Positions 1-12,159 of a DNA stretch of 64,000 bases are shown here, in pieces. The DNA lies in NCBI GenBank assembly GCA_000165425.1, contig CT868385.1, forward strand, positions 372,001 through 436,000, given 5' to 3'. A model generated the notes under the pieces. It saw only the letters and a list, made by a program, of their open reading frames with translations, was not told the DNA's origin and ran no database searches. Every line of letters begins with the position of its first letter. Position 1 is the first letter of the stretch. The DNA is from Paramecium tetraurelia (lineage: Eukaryota). The translations under genes were made by a program, and so were the position numbers.

Positions 1-11
1 AATCTCATAAA

Positions 12-852
12 ATGGATGTAAGACTTCTAAAATACGATATTTTTGCATCTCCACTTGCTCATAAGCCTTCAAGAGGATACATTCCAAAATTGGCTGATCG
101 GAGTTTGACTTCGTTGTTAAAATATAAAAATGAAACAATAAAACAACCCATCCATTCAAAGATATTTAAACCATATGGTGAAGAATCGGAAATAAAGACC
201 TAACAAAATATGTATACTACTGGTAAGTTGAGTTATTCGAGTTCTGTTAAAAATATCAATAAGTTTCCAGAAGTGCAATTGGATCCAAAAGCAGTAAAAT
301 TGTTAGGACAAGGAAGACATTTCTTAAGGAGTGATTATCAAACAAAGAGAAAATTTTAGGAGAGCAAAAAGAATCATCATCTAAAAAATCATTCCTCTGA
401 TTACTTGATGTAAAATATATAACTGAAGTTTTGCGAGAAATCTGTAAAAAAATAATACAAGGCCAATCTAATTTTTTTCAAGAAAACAAGAAACATTCCA
501 GCCTAAATCTAAATATTAAGGAAGGAGGAGGAGAAGAAATCAATGCCTGAAACAAAGACTGATTTTTATGATTCTCAATAAAGGAAAATAATGATGCCTG
601 CCTCGAAATAATAATAACATACTGATCACTCTATGTTTTCTAGCACTTTCAGAGATAACTTTTTGAAAAGCCAAAGAAGCAACATTCATCCCAAACCAAC
701 TAGTTAAGAGAAATCTACAAGACAGGGACATAAAAAGACACAGTCTGTCTAGTATATCTTATTTAATAAATAAAATTAGAACTTAGAGTCAATTAGAAGA
801 AGCTAACAAGGAAGTGCCACTTTTCGGCAATAATTATCAACCTAATAATTGA
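12..852 (+). CDS. Hypothetical protein (may be 5'-truncated by the window edge)
   Basis: Open in ciliate code from ATG12 (MDVRLLKYDIFASPLAHKPSRGYIPK...). One inferred 28-nt intron at ~752-779 gives a TGA stop at 850-852. No recognisable domain. Confidence 0.6.
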
Positions 853-903
853 TATTCTTTCAAAATTAATTATTCTAATTTAACTATTATTTTATTCAAA
901 ATT

Positions 904-1487
904 ATGTTTTAGATCGTCAAAGTGGATTCAGGCATTGATGCAAAATTAGAATTCGAAATATCCAACATAGTTAAGGGGGCTTATGAAAGATTCAATAACC
1001 AGTTCGACAGATCGAAATATATCTCCGATTATTTGGATGAAAGGTATGGGGGATGTTGGAGAGTAACAATAGGAAAATAATTTACAAGTTGTGGAACCTA
1101 CTATTTGTCATAATTGTTAAGACTTAGCTATCAAAACGATTAAATAGAAATTGTTAGAACATAGGGTGATTCAGAATTTGAAATTATACAAAGGGATTTG
1201 GGAATGAACTAAGCTGTTTTTGATTCAATTTTGGGAATGTACTAGTTATATTAAATAGAGAATTTCAAATGCTTAACAAACCTAGAAAAACCTATCCGCT
1301 CAAGTTGAGTATATTTCAGAATGCGTGGAGTCTAAACATGCTGGGAAATGGGCTGTGATTTGTGGGTAATTGTATCCTCAATATCTTAAGGTATGATTTT
1401 AATAGTCGAGTTCCTTATGTTAATAATAATTTAGTCTGTGTAGCCAAAAAGGGAATCAGATATACAGTATTAATGATAAGTAAATGA
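904..1487 (+). CDS. Tandem dynein light chain type 1 (LC8-like) domain protein
   Basis: Two LC8-like units: ..SKYISDYLDERYGGCWRVTIGKQFTSCGTY.. and ..VEYISECVESKHAGKWAVICGYDFNSRVPY.. Both resemble the LC8 pattern [26 protein letters not shown]. Two tiny introns; TGA 1485-1487. Confidence 0.75.
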
Positions 1488-1493
1488 ATATAG

Positions 1494-2173
1494 TCATTGA
1501 TATAATTTCAATAATTTACATAAGTTAGACTTGACACTAGTATTGAAGGTTTCGCCTTTTTCGAGTTTGATCTTTTTACTTGACCCTGCAAATAATTGTT
1601 TAGGGTCACTCAAAATTCCCTAAGAAATTCTTGCTTGCATTTAATTTGAATTGCCTCCCATGGGTCCTTTGATTGAAACTCTCTAATTAGTTACTTCCTG
1701 TATTGTTTGTTCTTTATTTCCCTAATCCTGGGTTAATGTTCTTGTTTCAATTTGTTGGGTGTATTTGTTGAATTCCTTAACAAAATACACGTTGACTTTA
1801 TCATCTTTGAATACTACCTTAGGAGATATCATCTTATATGTGTCTCCATCTTTTATTTGGTTACTTTCTTGAAACTCTTTCTATGTAGTTTTTAATAATT
1901 TTTGAGATGTAGATTTCAACAAGGTTTCACCAAAGCCTTTCATTTAAATTTTTTGTTACTTTTCTAATTTGCAGGTTTTTTGGGAGAGACTTGTCGAGTA
2001 GAAAAATAAATTTTATCTTAATACTAACAAATTTCATGTTTATTGAGTTCAATAGGCTGGATTGATGATTTTCTATTATGATTGGCTGGCATAGTCATAT
2101 CTTGAATAATCGTTAGAGATGTTCGCGTTCTTTTGCTGTTTATTAGTCTATTTGATCCTGAGGAAAATTTCAT
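1494..2173 (-). CDS. Hypothetical protein
   Basis: ATG at 2173 (MKFSSGSNRLINSKRTRTS..). A 23-nt intron gtaacaaaaaatttaaatgaaag restores the frame to a TGA at 1496-1494. Confidence 0.65.
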
Positions 2174-2602
2174 TTGATTATTAATTAATCAATAATAAAA
2201 GCTGAAAGTAATATAATATTATAAATTTCAATAAAGAAGAAGATTATTTATCTAATGGGAATTGGGATAGCAATAAATCGCGTTTTGTTCGCATATTTTC
2301 ATTAAGAATTTAGAGGATTGTCAAAATAGCAATGTCTATTGAATAGTCAAAGAACTGCACTTTCCTTTTAAATTAATTAATTAAACGAAAATAAATAGTT
2401 TATTACCTGAAATTGTGAAAAATTATGTAATTCCCAATATAATACTAACTAAATAAAATATAAAACGAGAAATTCTTAATAATAATTAATAATTGATTCT
2501 AATTATAATTATATATCTGTTGAATATTTATTTCTATTTTTAGAAAAAAGCCCTTTATATTGTAAGATATTAGTTTGCATCAGATATTATATTATTTAAT
2601 TG

Positions 2603-5600
2603 ATGAAAAAAGCTTGGAGTAGATCCGCATCTCAGATTGTGACCATGTTCACATAAGCATAGTATAAATTACGAATATGACTTAGATAAGAGATGGAGTT
2701 GATTGTTGCTAAACGCTAATTTGACGAGATGACTAAGGAATTGAAGCAAAGGAGAGAGGAAATATATGGAAAAATAAAGGGAGTGCCTTAAGTAGAGAAA
2801 AAGCCTCAATCCTCGGGAAAACAGGAAAAATTTAAATCAATGGTAACTAATTATTAATATAATCTTAGGATGAACATAGAATTACATTGTAGGAGCTGGA
2901 AAATAAATTGTAAACCAATGTAGTGAATGGACTCGAACAATAAGAGGCCGATAAGAGATTAGGAATACATGGAAAAAATTAATTGACGGAGAAAAAGTAA
3001 GTACCTTGGTATATGAAACTGTTACACGAATTAACTTCTGTGTTTGCCTGCATGATGTGGACAGGATCAGTATTATCATTCATTGCATATGGATTAACAC
3101 CAGAAGATCCTTCAAATTTGTATTTAGCCCTAGTGCTAGCATTTGTGGTATCTGTTACTGGAGTAATGGCTTACTTTCAAAATCAGAAGTCAGCAGCATT
3201 AATGGAAGCATTCAAAAACTTTATTCCTCCTGAAACATAAGTCGTGAGAAATGGAAAATAAATGAAAATTCCAGCTGAAAATTTGGTCCCAGGAGACTTG
3301 GTTATTGTAGAGTTTGGCAAGAGAATACCTGCAGATATCAGGATAATAGAGAGTAATGGAATGAAGGTAGATAATTCAAGTTTGACTGGAGAAACTCTTT
3401 TATTACAAAGGACTCCTGAGTGCAGTCATCCTGAGAATCCCTTGGAAACAAAGAATCTTATATTCTTTGGTACCTTGTGCAAAGAAGTATATATTAACAT
3501 CATTCTAATAGGGTAATGGAAGAGGAATAGTTGTTTTTACTGGCGATAATACAGTCATAGGTTAAATTGCAGGTTTGGCAATGTCCTCTGGAGAAGAAGA
3601 GTCTGTTTTGAGAAAATAAATCAATCTCTTTGTCAAAATGATTGCAATAATAGCTTTAATTTGTGGAGTTGTGTTTTTCATCTTAGGTATGTCTTATGGA
3701 TACCCTGCATTGTAAAACATTATTTTGATGATGGGTATTGCTGTTGGGTATGTGCCAGAAGGTTTGATTGCAACAGTCACGGTGGCATTGAGCTTAACAG
3801 CAAAAAGATTAGCTCAGTAGAAAGTGTTGGTTAAAAATTTGGAGTGTGTTGAAACTTTGGGATCAACTTCCTGTATTTGTTCTGATAAGACTGGTACTTT
3901 GACTTAGAATAAGATGACAGTGGAACATTTGTGGTACAACAACAAGAAGGTTAAAGGGTTGAATTATCAGAAGTTTGGGAAGAAATATAATTACGAATAT
4001 GATTTGAAAAGTAAAGGATTTTAAGATCTCTTTGAATGTGCATCCTTTTGTTCAGAAGCTATTTTTGATCCATCATTGCCATAGGAAATAAGAATGAAGA
4101 TTTAAAATGATAAAGTCTTTAATCAGTAGCAAAAAGAATAGAAAATATAATTGGCTACTCATGACTGGGATATTAAATTACAGACTATGTCTTGGTTGGA
4201 AAGGCCTACCATTGGTGATGCATCTGAGAGTGCCTTGATCAAATTCTTATAACCAATTAAAGACATTTAAGAAACCAGAAACAGCAAAAAATTAGCTATC
4301 GATATTGATGGCAAAAATGCAAGAATGCCATTTAATTCAACAAATAAATATGCTTTTGTTATTGTTGAATATGAAACTGATGAATCATTTTATTGTTTGA
4401 TGACAAAAGGAGCACCTGAAAGAATATGGGGACTATGCACAACTGTAAATAATGATGGATAAGAATAAAAAAAAGATGAGACTTGGGAATAAGCATTTTA
4501 ATCTATAAACAAGTAATTTGGTAAAAACGGAGAAAGAGTTCTTGGTTTTGCTAAAATCCATTTACCAAAAACAGCATATCCCAGAGGCTATCCATTCAAT
4601 CTAGATAAGATGAACTTCCCTTGGGATAAATAGTAGTTTTTAGGATTGTTCTCTTTAATCGATCCACCAAAAGACTCTGTCCCAGATTCAGTTATAAAAT
4701 GCAAGACAGCAGGAGTGCAAGTAATTATGGTAACTGGAGATCAACCTGTGACTGCTGCATCAATAGCCAAACAGTGTAACATCATCACTGAAAAAACAGT
4801 GAATGAAATTGCTGAAGATGAAGGAATTACTTTTGAAGAAGCATTCCATAGATCCAATGCTATCGTAATTCATGGAGATTTATTGACTAAAATGATGATT
4901 GATGATGAAGGCAAACCAGAATAAGAATAGGGAAGACCACTTTAAGAATGGCTTAGTAAATCTCAAGTAGTTTTTGCTAGAACAAGTCCTGCTCAAAAAT
5001 TGATTATAGTCGATGGTTGTCAAAAGAAGGGACACATTGTGGCTGTTACAGGGGATGGAGTTAATGATTCTCCAGCTATAAAGAAGGCAGATATTGGTAT
5101 CTCAATGGGTATAACTGGATCCGATGTGGCCAAAGATGCAGCTGATATGATCTTACTCAATGATGATTTCTCTAATATTGTCATTGGTATAGAAGAAGGA
5201 AGAAAGATTATTGATAATCTCAAGAAGACTATTGTTTTTGTCTTAACAGGTAACATTGTAGAAGTTATTCCTATATTTGCCTACTTTATTTTGAATATAC
5301 CCTTGCCTTTAACAACAGTGCTAATTTTATGCATTGATGTTGGTACTGGTATTATTCCAAGCACTGCTTTTGTGTATGAAGATGCTGAATTAGATATCAT
5401 GACGAGAAGACCAAGAAACAAATAGGAAAATTTAATCACTCCTAAAAGCATTGTATTTGCATATGCATAACATGGATTCATTCAACTTTGTGGATGTTTC
5501 CTAGCATACTTTGTTGTTTTCTATGATTTTGGCTTTCCTTCAGACTCCTTAATTGGAATGCTGGCCAAAAACGGTGTTATTCCAAGAGCAACTGATATTT

Positions 5601-6238
5601 TTGATCCACTTGATCCCTTCTTTGGAAATTCCAACCTTCGAGATAATTATAATAATCGAGTCTCTGAGTAACCTGAAACTGTCAGTAAAATATGTATTTC
5701 AGATGACGAAGGTAATTTTGAACCAATCGATTGGTTATTCTCTAAAAATAATAATGTAGATTTGAGAATGTATTATTTACAATGCAATACAGAAACTAAC
5801 AAATGGGAAGAAAGTGTTGTTTGGGGAGAATGCAAAGTCAATTAGATATCTCCAATTAGTAATAAGCCTGTATGTTACACTACTGAGGCCTTGTAATATG
5901 CTTAAACTGCTTATTTTGTTGGCCTTGCTTACACATAAATGTGCAATTACCAATCTTTGAAAACCCATAAATCTGCAGGTATCTTCTAAGGCTTCAATAA
6001 TGTGTTTATGCATTTTGGATTTATGACTTTGATTGTCTTAGTCATGTTGCTTACATATGTTGAAAGCATTAACATAGCTTTCCAGACCAGAGACATACTA
6101 TTCTAGCATTCAATGCTGGCATTACCTTTTGGTTTATTGATGTAGGTTTGGAATGAGGCAAGAAAATACATGGTTAGGAATGTTCCTTAAACCACACCGA
6201 ACATGCCTAATTGGTGGGCAAGATGCACATCAATTTGA
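2603..6238 (+). CDS. P-type IIC (Na+/K+- or H+/K+-like) ATPase alpha subunit, paralog A with divergent ion-binding residues
   Basis: Motifs [97 protein letters not shown]. Three tiny introns near the 5' end; ends [12 protein letters not shown]. Confidence 0.95.
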
Positions 6239-6322
6239 AGAGATGACAAACGATTAAGTGATTTTTATTAATCATTTATAAAACATAAATTATAATCTTC
6301 TATTATTAAATAATTAATAATA

Positions 6323-7251
6323 ATGATGGATAGTTTGTATTCCTTATTCTCATAGATTCTATTGATTACAGCATCTGTTATTTTATTGTTCTCTATGACA
6401 TTTGCGTTTCGAAAGATCATGAAAGATGTGAATGATATTTTAGACTCAACCGATAAGCTTGTCTTCTTTATTGCAGCATTTCAATGTACTAAATCTTGAA
6501 ATTTAGAGTTGTTGTTATTGGCATTCTTAATTAAATAGTATACACTATTCCTAAGTGGATTGCGCATCCTCAGAATGCTTTAAGATTTAATGCTCTTGAA
6601 TTGTTTAATCAAATTAGATAGTGACAATGAGCAATGCTTAGTAAATTTCAACATTATATAGTTTATCAGAAAATCGTCGATAAGATATCCAAGCTACTTT
6701 CACTGATTCTTCTTTTTATCTCCGGCTTGATTGTGTTCCTAGAAGGTTTGAAATCACACTTTTAATGTGATCAATAAATCTGGATGCTACTTTCAGGATT
6801 GCTTCTGTTAACAAACATCATTTAATTATATTTCGGACTAAAGATACTGATTTAGATTTATAAATACTGTCAAGATTCAAGCAATCAACATATGTTCGAT
6901 GGTTTGCATAAAATAATGATGGACGAATTATAAAATAGGAAGGTTTAAGTAATAGTCTTTCTCCTTTGCTGTATTAATTCATCTGTTGTTATGCTACTAT
7001 ATGATTATGCTATGTTTGATCAACTCAACCCTACATTCTGTCTTCAAAAGACCACAATTTCTGAAATTCTTACTTATATTGCTGTCATTATTGTCTCATA
7101 CTAATTACCTTGTTTAGGAATATACTACGTGTTTTATCATAAGAATAAAAAGTATTTGAATAATCACAATTGGGAAATACAAAGAAACATCGTCAATTTC
7201 TATGACGAAAGAAGTGAAATAGAATTGGGAGATTATTAAAACCCATAATGA
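6323..7251 (+). CDS. Multi-pass (about 7 TM) membrane protein, GPCR/TOM1-like architecture
   Basis: About seven hydrophobic segments (e.g. ILLITASVILLFSMTFAF, IWMLLSGLLLLTNIIQLYFGL, VIIVSYQLPCLGIYYVFY) and a short polar C-tail; two tiny introns. The family assignment is inference. Confidence 0.65.
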
Positions 7252-7587
7252 GTCCATTTAATTCATTCTGATTTTTATTAACAACTAATATATCTATCTA
7301 ATCACTTCTTTTTATTACCTCGATTCCTATATTTTATAGAAGCTACTCCTTACTTTTAATATCCTTTTGAAATATTAAAACATTAAGTGTGAATTGATCT
7401 TAAATTGAGTAAATACAAAGCAAAATTGATGTAATTGGTTTATTCAAAAAAATAAGGTTCTTTAGTCAATTTCGAATTGTAAACATAGAATTAACACTCG
7501 TAACTATATATATTTATTAAGCATTTAAATTGTTTGTTTGTTTATTTATTTATGTGTATGTATTATTAATATACTATGATTTCATGA

Positions 7588-8666
7588 TCAATCGAATAAA
7601 CCTCCCATATCGACATCTTCTTCAGGCTCTTCAGCTTTAGCTGGGGCTTATTGAGCAGCTGGTTTTTCTTCAACTTTGGCTGCAACTGGGGCAGCTGTTG
7701 TTGGTGCACTTGATTATTTGATTTAATCAAAGATGAATCCTGATTATAAACCAATAGCAGCCAAATCCTTGAAAGCGTTAGCTAATAAATATGGAGCTGA
7801 GGCCTCATTAACCCAACCTATTTTAATATAGATACAAAAGAATTACCATTTTACAAAGAAATGGCTGAAACATTTCTAACATTTTATTAGAATTTAGCAA
7901 CAATGTCATTCAAATTAACTGAAACTTATTGTTTGTTCAAGATGGATCCATTGTCATAACAAGCAAGAACTTCCATTCTATTAAAATATCAGATATATTA
8001 TTACCCATATAAGAAAGGCTTTTTGCCCAATTTTTACAATAAGACAGCTTATGATTAGCCAACCTTTTATCCGGTTTTCAAGACGACAAAGTCTTTGGTG
8101 ATTTAGATTTAACCTTTTTCAATCTTGGTGGGGATTTAGAGAGCATGGAAGAATTGGATTGAAGCTGGGTCCATACCAGTTGGGCCTGGGGGAATAACAA
8201 CATCAATTGGAGCAACGGCACCAACTCTGGCTGGGGTTTCGACTTTATTCTCTTCAATGATTGGTTTAAGATCAAAGACTGGGGTGTCTGTGAAGATGAA
8301 TCCAACTTTGCCTGCAACTGAGTTTTTCAAGGCGTCCAACTCTTTAATTGCACTACCGAATTTAGCCAAATCTTCGTAATATTCGTGCTCTTTTGGTAAT
8401 TCTTGAACTCTAGTAGCCAAAACTTTTTTGAAGAGTGTCTAAAATAGTAATGTGTTAATACATTTTTGCCAATAACTAATAGGGCATTTCTCTTAGCCAA
8501 AATTCTTCTGATGTCTTACACTTATTTAGATCCAACATTTGCTAATCCAACGATGATAACTTAAGTATATTTTGATAACAATTCATAAATCTTTCTATTA
8601 TAATTATCAATCATATAATTACTTGAATTGTGTTGGCTTCTTATCTTTTGTTTCCTTTTTGCCCAT
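7588..8666 (-). CDS. RPLP0: 60S acidic ribosomal protein P0 (uL10)
   Basis: Motifs IIVGLANVGSKQ, VETPARVGAVAPIDVVIPPGPTGMDPASIQFFHAL and the acidic C-terminus EEDVDMGGLFD-TGA; several tiny introns. Confidence 0.97.
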
Positions 8667-8759
8667 TTATTATTTATTTAAATTAAAAAAAGATTTCAAA
8701 TTTTTTGATAAACAATTCAAGTATATATATAAATTTCATTAATTCTTTAATATAGTTGT

Positions 8760-9924
8760 TCATGCATCACTATCCAGCCATTTAAATATCTTACCCTCCT
8801 TCCATATTCCCCTCTTTCTTGTACTATCAGTAAAGATGAAAACCCCTTGTCCTTCCTACTTACCACCTCTCCACATCCCATCATATTTCCTACCATCAGC
8901 CCATTAATAAACTCCACGTCCATCCTTTTTATCATTCTTATATTCCCCTTCATATCTCCTGCCATCCTTCCAGGTGTAAACCCCAATACCATGCATACAA
9001 TTATCAATCCATTAACCAGCATAACCCCTTCCATCTGACCAGCAATAACTCCCTTTTCCATTGATTTTATTATTCTCCCATTCCCCTTCATAATAAGAAC
9101 CATCTGGCCATTCATATTTGCCGAATCCTTATTTTTTCCCTTAATTATAATTTCCTGTGTATTTGGCACCATCGTTCCAGACCTCCTTACCATATCCGTG
9201 CTGTAGATCATCCTTCCATTCTCCTTCGTATTTCGATCCATTGGAATGTTTGTAGACTCCTTTACCATTAGCTTTGTCCTAATCCCATTCTCCTTCAAAA
9301 ATATCGCCATCTACATGATAAAATATCCCTTTTCCACAAGCCCTATTATTTTTCCATTCCCCAACATATTTTGCTCCGTCTGTCCAAATTTAGGTCCCTA
9401 TTCCTTCTCTAAAATTTCCTCTCCATTAACCTTAATAAATGGCTCCACTCTTGAATTCATACGGATCCCTAGTATCCAATGTGTAATCATTAATCAGAGG
9501 TGGAATATTGATGATTTCAAAATTCTCTTTCAAATAATTTTTATTAGCTCCTATAATTGAATTTTTCACAGTTTTTTATCCATTTTTTCTTCTAACCTTA
9601 TATCCTCGATATCTACTTTAAATTTTGATAGCAGCCTTGAGGAGTTTTTCACTCTCATTCTAGAATTCATTAAATTTAATATGGGCTTTTTTTGGTTTAT
9701 TTTTTTGTGATGATTATTTCTCATTACTTTTACTTTACTATTCTTTACTTTATGAATCCAGATTTGCATTCCCTTAATTACTTAGAAGCAAGTTTGTCGA
9801 AGTATTATTTTTAGTTTCCTTATTGTCTAACTTACTCATTGATAAAATAATTTACCACTATTTCTCTCTCTTATCCGATGTTCCTTCCATATCTGCAATC
9901 ACATTGACTACACTTACTGCCCAT
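8760..9924 (-). CDS. MORN-repeat protein with IQ motif and N-terminal acylation signal
   Basis: Starts [10 protein letters not shown] (myristoyl Gly plus Cys); IQ motif [16 protein letters not shown]; tandem MORN repeats such as [21 protein letters not shown] and [21 protein letters not shown]. Confidence 0.88.
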
Positions 9925-10030
9925 CGAGAAAGGCTAGGCAACAAATAGAAATATTATAATTAATAATATGTAAGTAATATTTGGAATTGTAAACTAAACA
10001 CAACTTTCACATATATTTATAAAACATAAA

Positions 10031-10966
10031 TCAGATCATAAATTATTATTGCTTTACTTGGGATGGTTGGAATATCCGCGTGGCTTGATTTTGCAGCAAT
10101 TCATAAATTTGGTTTTAACCTTATTTGCTTCCGAAATCCAAGGAGATACTAGAATCTTATAAGTAAAAGGGCAAGGGAGTCAATCTATCATTTGGACTAC
10201 CCAAATATGATGACATGGATTCCAAATGAAATTCATTAAATACCTTGCAAATACTTCGAATAATTGCGAATTCTTCTTTGTGTTACTCATTGTTCGGAAT
10301 CAATTGCATTACCTTACACAACAATTAGTAAGAGTGTTGGGCCTTGATGTTTATAGTAATGTCGTGAGTATTAATTTGCTACTCCATAAGTAATTGATTA
10401 CGTGAATTATTTATATAATTCTAAGTTTTAGTTACATCTATAAATGAATTTGCTCATTAAATTTCATTTGAATTTACTTTTGCTAATTTTGTAGATCCTT
10501 CAAGGTTTCTGTCAATTACTGATGCTCCGCCTCATAAATTTAGTGTTTCAGATTGTTATCCTAATTGCTGAGTTCTTCGAGAACCTTCAATTTATTTAAA
10601 CTAATGATATTTATCAACTATTTTCTACTTTATAAGTATTCATACTTCTCTCCTTGAATAAAATAACGATGAGCAAAAACATTGATGTTGCGTCTAATCT
10701 TCGATCTCTTAAAACCATATAAATTTAATTGCCTTCAAAAGTAAATAATCAAATAAACCTTATAAAACTTGCAAATGACTTCTGTTTATAAAATACCTTG
10801 AGTATTTATTTCTCTAATTTCTTTATATCACACACTTCGAAGGATTTACCATCATCACTCCATCTCAAGAATCTATATTGCTCTGACTAAACTAATGAAA
10901 TTAATTTATTACTTCCAGCAAATCAAATAGCTTGTCTAAAAACTTTGGACTTTTCTTCTATTGCAT
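10031..10966 (-). CDS. HSF-type DNA-binding domain transcription factor
   Basis: PKFLDKLFDLLE..LRWSDDGKSFEV..ILKVFYKQKSFASFIRQLNLYGFKR..FAHRYF, followed by a coiled coil; four tiny introns. Confidence 0.9.
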
Positions 10967-11087
10967 TCAATATTAATAATATAATTTTTCTGATGATATG
11001 TAATTTTATAGTTTATTTAGTCATAATAAGATTAATTTAAATATATTTTATCAATTAATTGAAAATATAAATACCAAATAATAAACT

Positions 11088-12025
11088 TCACAAATCAAAC
11101 CCAAAAATGCTAGATTCTGATTCTTGTCCCCCACAAAACCAAACTGGTTCCTGAGTCTCAAGATTAATCTGATCCTACTTATGATTTAAATAATTTCCAA
11201 TATGTTCAACAACGGCTTTTCCAAAAGGCCCTGGAGAAGTTGGACAAAGCACATCGAATTCTTCATCCTTTACAGACAATGTCTCGCTCATCCAACAATC
11301 TTCCTCTTTTGGATACACGCACTTTATTAGGTGCTAAAATGAGGCCTCTATCATTCGATATTGAAATTCAATTTACAAGCTTCTGGTTTCATCGCCTTCA
11401 CTATCATGCGTACGCCCTCAATAAAAAACACTCCTCTCCTCTCTTATATTGTTTTGATCTCCAAAAGTCTCTATCAATCATTTAATAATAGTAGTTTACT
11501 TCAATAATCAGTTTGAAATGATGTTAAAATCCCAACTATTACTTGATGGATGCAACCAATTATTGTTGAATTTTAATTTGCTCTTATTTCAAAGAGGTCA
11601 TTGTTTTTAGTAGTTCCTCTTGCTCCATCATAAATGTCCCTGCTTTCATTCTCTCTAATCGAGTTTACTTTTTCTTCTCAATGAACTTTTGGATAATTTG
11701 GTTTTAAGTAAAATATGGATGTTTATAAGTTAAGATTCCATTCTAATCCTTGCAACTAGTAAAACCATACATGTTTAATTGTCTACAAAATTGAAAGGAT
11801 ATTACCTTAAGAAACTGGAATAGTTGCCATGCTTAAAATATCTTGGCAATACACTGTCTTACAATAAGGACTTATCAATAATTTTAATTTTAATTCCCTC
11901 TTCATCCCATTTTATTATGTCTATAAACTCATTACACTACAATTTTGTATTGATAATACGTCTAGCATCTATTGAATGATCTAAATAAATCTATATCCTT
12001 TGCTGGTGTTTTTTCTTTTGCTCAT
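11088..12025 (-). CDS. HSF-type DNA-binding domain transcription factor (tandem paralog)
   Basis: FIQIIQQMLD..IIKWDEEG..VLPRYFKHGNYSSFLRQLNMYGF..YKHPYF, then a coiled coil. Shares intron positions with the neighbouring HSF gene. Confidence 0.92.
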
Positions 12026-12159
12026 TTTTTTTATGAATTCATTTTAGGAATTTAGAATTTCATAAGAATTGGAATTCTAAATTACCTAAAGTTTTGCTAA
12101 TTAATCTTGATTGCTTAAAGATCGAAATGGAATTTTAAGATATAAGATGTTTTAAGATA

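Noticed and set aside
8747..9560. ORF-track proteins of 187, 63 and 104 aa
   Set aside because: Off-frame or antisense shadows of the MORN-repeat gene.
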